From Ranitomeya imitator (lineage: Eukaryota), in contig NC_091287.1 of NCBI RefSeq assembly GCF_032444005.1, positions 384,586,001 through 384,650,000 of the forward strand: a DNA stretch of 64,000 nt, given 5' to 3'. Position 1 is the first letter of the stretch; every line of letters starts with the position of its first letter. Positions 63,030-64,000 of this stretch are shown here, piece by piece. A model generated the notes under the pieces. It was not told the origin of the DNA. It saw only the letters and a program-made list of their open reading frames with translations, and searched no databases. The translations under genes and the position numbers were made by a program.

Positions 63030-63606
63030 AGGTAAGTATATATTAAGATACTTACCTGTCACCAATCAGGATGACATTTTGCGGGACATCACCAATAATG
63101 GCTGTAGGTATGTGGCTCGGAGGGGTCTCACTTTAGGTAATTCCCTATCCGCCTGTCTCATTCAACAACTGCATCCTACCAGAACATGGCTATCTACCAC
63201 AGGTTTGCACAAATGTGCGGGCAGCAGATGCAATGTATGCATATATGCATTGGATAAAAGGAAATCCATCCAGTTACCATCTGACATTGTCCAAGATATT
63301 GCATCATTTATAAACTGCGATACACAATATGTTGTACACTGCATCTGCTGCCTGTCTTGTGAACTACAATACATTGTATGTACTAATCGAAAACTGAAAA
63401 AAAAGATAGCGGAACATTTGTCAAATATTAGTAACAAAAATGCCTCCTATTCGGGAGCTTCTAAACATTTTTTCAACATTCACAAAGGTGACACCTTACA
63501 TTTTGTGTTTTATGGTTTTGAGAAAGTTTACAATCTTATTCGGAGATGTAACAGATATAAACAATTAACCATAAGAGAAGTATTTTGGATCCTTAAACTG
63601 GACACC
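63030..63606 (+). pseudogene. Penelope GIY-YIG endonuclease region (degenerate)
   Basis: YVARRGLTLGNSLS, Cys linker KCAGSRCNVC, INCDTQYVVHCICCLSCELQYIVCT...IAEH...REVFWILKLDT. Confidence 0.85.
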
Positions 63607-64000
63607 TGTCACGGATGCGGTTTGTGGAACCACTGTGCCACGGACTTCGGAGAGTCTAAAGGGGCGTGACTAAGCGAGCGCCGGACTGTTCACTAGAGCC
63701 TCTGATGGTGAGGTTAGACTTGGCTCCTGATGCACGCCAGGTGCCACTCCAGGACAGACCAACGATCACACAGAAGCTGGAACCAGAAGGATGGACTGGA
63801 TGGAGCAGCAGGTCGAGATTGTATCAGACTGCAGCTGACCAAGTTTGTATCCAAGTGCAGCAGGATAAGTACTTAGAGTACAGCAGGCAGGATTGCATCT
63901 GAGTGCAGCAAGCTGGATTTGCATCTGAATGCAGCAAGCAGGAATTTCTTCTGAGTGCATCAAGCAGGATTGGTACTTAGAGGTATAGCAGGCAGGATGG
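63607..64000. mobile_element. Start of another LTR (runs off the window), with short GCAGG/GCAAG tandem repeats
   Basis: Abrupt TGTCACGG start that truncates the GIY-YIG frame, LTR-like composition. Confidence 0.55.

Larger units (their letters stand above)
49540..63606 (+). mobile_element. Decayed Penelope-like element (RT + GIY-YIG), fragmented by nested insertions
   Basis: Colinear pieces: DVNKFTRLLMVKRLFF (about 49660), NLTSLQYKAIGELK..KGG (about 50000-50080), GCTVILD...DVANLYSTIP...PMGLRFSPSLA...PFLDI (52570-53525), HPHHTIQAIPYGEFNRARRICS (61430-61730) and the GIY-YIG region (63030-63606). Multiple frameshifts. Confidence 0.85.

Overview
Eukaryotic, transposon-saturated genomic DNA. The TE families (Tc1, hAT, piggyBac- and T2-type MITEs, V-SINE, L2, Penelope-like, Ty3/Gypsy) look like those of an anuran amphibian; this is inference. 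No host gene can be named; only a speculative chain of short + strand exons (8.7-30 kb) was seen. The main content is: (1) a full-length Tc1 transposon with an uninterrupted DD34E ORF (14840-16443). (2) A 14.7-kb hAT transposon with TIRs, an 8-bp TSD, an intact 1191-aa BED-finger transposase ORF and three internal 120-150-bp tandem arrays (33018-47766). (3) A decayed Penelope-like (RT + GIY-YIG) element spread over about 49.5-63.6 kb and split by an L2, a young Ty3/Gypsy provirus, a Helitron-like/MITE block and another LTR. (4) That Gypsy provirus (53526-61429) has near-identical 889-bp LTRs, a tRNA-Ser(CGA)-type PBS, a U_UUA_AAC gag-pol frameshift site and a single nonsense codon in pol. (5) Three minimal type I hammerhead ribozyme motifs: one at 2.7 kb and an inverted pair at 48.5-48.9 kb. 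Many MITEs, SINEs, solo LTRs and minisatellites fill the rest. All calls were made by eye without database searches.
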